In this document: positions 62,801-64,000 of the stretch, one piece after another
Layout of the letters: each line of letters starts with the position of its first letter
Numbering within the stretch: position 1 is the first letter of the stretch
Source of the DNA: Bilabrum cf. latius
Taxonomy: Eukaryota
Reading direction: 5' to 3'
Length of the DNA stretch: 64,000 nucleotides
NCBI GenBank assembly: GCA_965178125.1
Contig: OZ237742.1
Coordinates: 124,001-188,000, forward strand
Made by a program: the position numbers and the translations under genes
Notes under the pieces: generated by a model
The model's input: only the letters and a program-made list of their open reading frames with translations
The model's database searches: none
What the model was told of the DNA's origin: nothing

Positions 62801-63788
62801 TAATCGAAGCGCCTGTTCCCGAATGGTCGACTACTTTGTGCACTTGCGGTTCCTTGGCACTGCGATCTTGGTGGTATGCCTGTCCTACGCAGTCGTGTCC
62901 TCGATGGCTCTCTCGGTGTTCGATTGCCTGCCGGATGCTATCGGTGGTAAGGTGTACCTTAAGAAAGACCTCCGCGTTGAATGCAACACCGGCGGGCATA
63001 TCGCGTTGCAGGTTGGGGCTGGCCTGGTCCTGGTGATTCTCGGGCTTGGGCTTCCGATAGGCGTTGCGTACATGCTCAGAGCTGCGCCCACGGAGCGCCT
63101 AGAGAATGATGAGCTCTTTTTTGAGTAGTATGGTTTCCTGTATAAGGGCTATGACATTGCGCGCGGATTGCATTGGTGGGAAGCCATCGGGATGGTTCGT
63201 AAAGTGGCGATAGTGGCGATTGGCTCGCTCATCAAGGAGCCTTACAACGCCGTGCTGTTCTCCATCTCTGTCTCGGTGTTGGCGCTAGTGCTGCACGCAC
63301 AGTGGCAACCGTTCAGCGAGAGCGTCTTCAACAGGGTTGAGACAGTTTGCCTGGTCGCCATCGTGATCACCCAGATCCTATCGGTGTTATACTTGCGAAG
63401 CGAAGACAATGCCCTCCAAGAGGAGAGAGAGCTAGATGCACGCGCTGACAGTGAGCCGGCTAGAGTTGTCGTAGGAGGGCCTCGTATGCCTGATGGCGCT
63501 TTGAATACCACGTCTGACAGCATTTCGAGCAGAATCCAAGCCTTGCGCGACGGCACTGGATCTACAGATGCTGCTGTGACTGCCATACTGTGCCTTGTCA
63601 ACTTCGTGGCCATGATTACCCTACTGGCAGCAATGTGGGCGGTCAAAACGACCGACAAGTAGCGTGAGCAGCTGAGGAGCAGCGGCATGAAGCAACATCA
63701 ACTGGGACGTACGTAGTAGCTTGGGCAACAGCCCAAACTTGCACCGAGCCTGCACACACTGCGGCGCACATCCCCACCACAGGGTTAA
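47809..63788 (+). CDS. Giant (~5100 aa) cell-surface protein: signal peptide, RCC1/BLIP-II-like repeats, GGA(I/L) beta-helix-like region, Cys-rich module, multi-TM C-terminus; about 60 in-frame TAG
   Basis: Predicted exons 47809-47907, 47993-48169, 48327-48443, 48613(or 48634)-48879, 48977-49090 and 49179-63788. The last exon is one frame for 14.6 kb, broken only by TAG, and ends at TAA 63786. Motifs HSCAVSRSGRLNCWG, GGAIAV, GGAIC, CDDCPTGTYS, CAKGHTGPLCAVC, YLKKDLRVEC and YGFLYKGY...WWE. Confidence 0.85.
47908..49178 (+). other. Five phase-0 GT-AG introns: 47908-47992, 48170-48326, 48444-48612(or 48633), 48880-48976, 49091-49178
   Basis: Donors GTGAGA, GTGCGT, GTAAGA, GTATGG and GTGAGA; acceptors CTCACAG, CTGCAG, CACCAG (or ACGCAG), GCGCAG and TTCGCAG. 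Splicing restores continuous RCC1-like repeats. Confidence 0.7.
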
Positions 63789-64000
63789 GTGTAGGCTGTG
63801 TCCCCCCACTGCTTCAATGAACATCCCTTGGGATCACAGGCGAGCAGAAATGTAGTACTGGATAATGAGAGAGAGTTGCGAGAAGACGCAATTCTTCCAT
63901 GCAAGGGGCCAGCAGCACGCGAGGCCCTTCCCTATTTGGATTGCAACGCATGGACGACCGTTTGTAGGGGCACGCGGCTACGTGGCTCGTAGTGCTTTGG

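Noticed and set aside
1-63788. Interrupted genes as pseudogenes or sequencing errors
   Set aside because: The interruptions are exclusively TAG, with no frameshifts, TAA or TGA. Catalytic motifs are intact, and TAGs are shared between paralogs.
1-63788. TAG as pyrrolysine, or as the 3' ends of tiny in-frame introns
   Set aside because: No pyl genes are seen and the context is eukaryotic. TAGs occupy single conserved Gln columns (KPNG-Q-F, Q-SYP) with no extra sequence to splice out.
1-63788. Ciliate-type code (TAA and TAG both Gln, table 6)
   Set aside because: No in-frame TAA was seen in roughly 50 kb of coding sequence despite more than 120 TAGs, and two genes appear to end at TAA (23654, 63786). 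This rests on one window only.
63798-63992. Continuation of the giant gene to the window end
   Set aside because: An in-frame TAA at 63786-63788 precedes it, and the multi-TM domain is already complete.

Overview
Gene-dense, GC-rich, intron-poor eukaryotic (protist-like) nuclear DNA. The main result is a non-standard nuclear genetic code. The fragmented ORFs in the supplied track join into 14 long, coherent genes if TAG is read as a sense codon. Conserved motif positions point to Gln (REV1 KPNG[TAG]F, GT2 SAAA[TAG]SYP, ankyrin AS[TAG]DFQGRT). No in-frame TAA or TGA was seen inside these genes, and they end in TGA (12) or TAA (2), so UAG is decoupled from UAA (equivalent to NCBI table 15). Under this code the window holds: REV1 (5' partial); organellar TsaD/Qri7 (OSGEPL1); a convergent inverted pair of membrane-anchored GT5-like glycosyltransferases with patchwork identity; a ~1700-aa GT64/GT2 multidomain glycosyltransferase; a secreted GH32-like/PAN protein; a polytopic membrane protein; an ankyrin protein; a hypothetical protein; TMEM135; ecdysoneless; a PDZ protein; a USP37-like deubiquitinase with one intron; and a ~5100-aa surface protein (RCC1-like repeats, GGAI beta-helix region, Cys-rich region, multi-TM C-terminus) with five phase-0 introns. 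There are also three decayed copies of an RLE-type non-LTR retrotransposon and a hairpin-rich intergenic segment near 14.1-14.8 kb. All translations, counts and family assignments were made by eye from remembered motifs; no database search was run and the organism is not identified.
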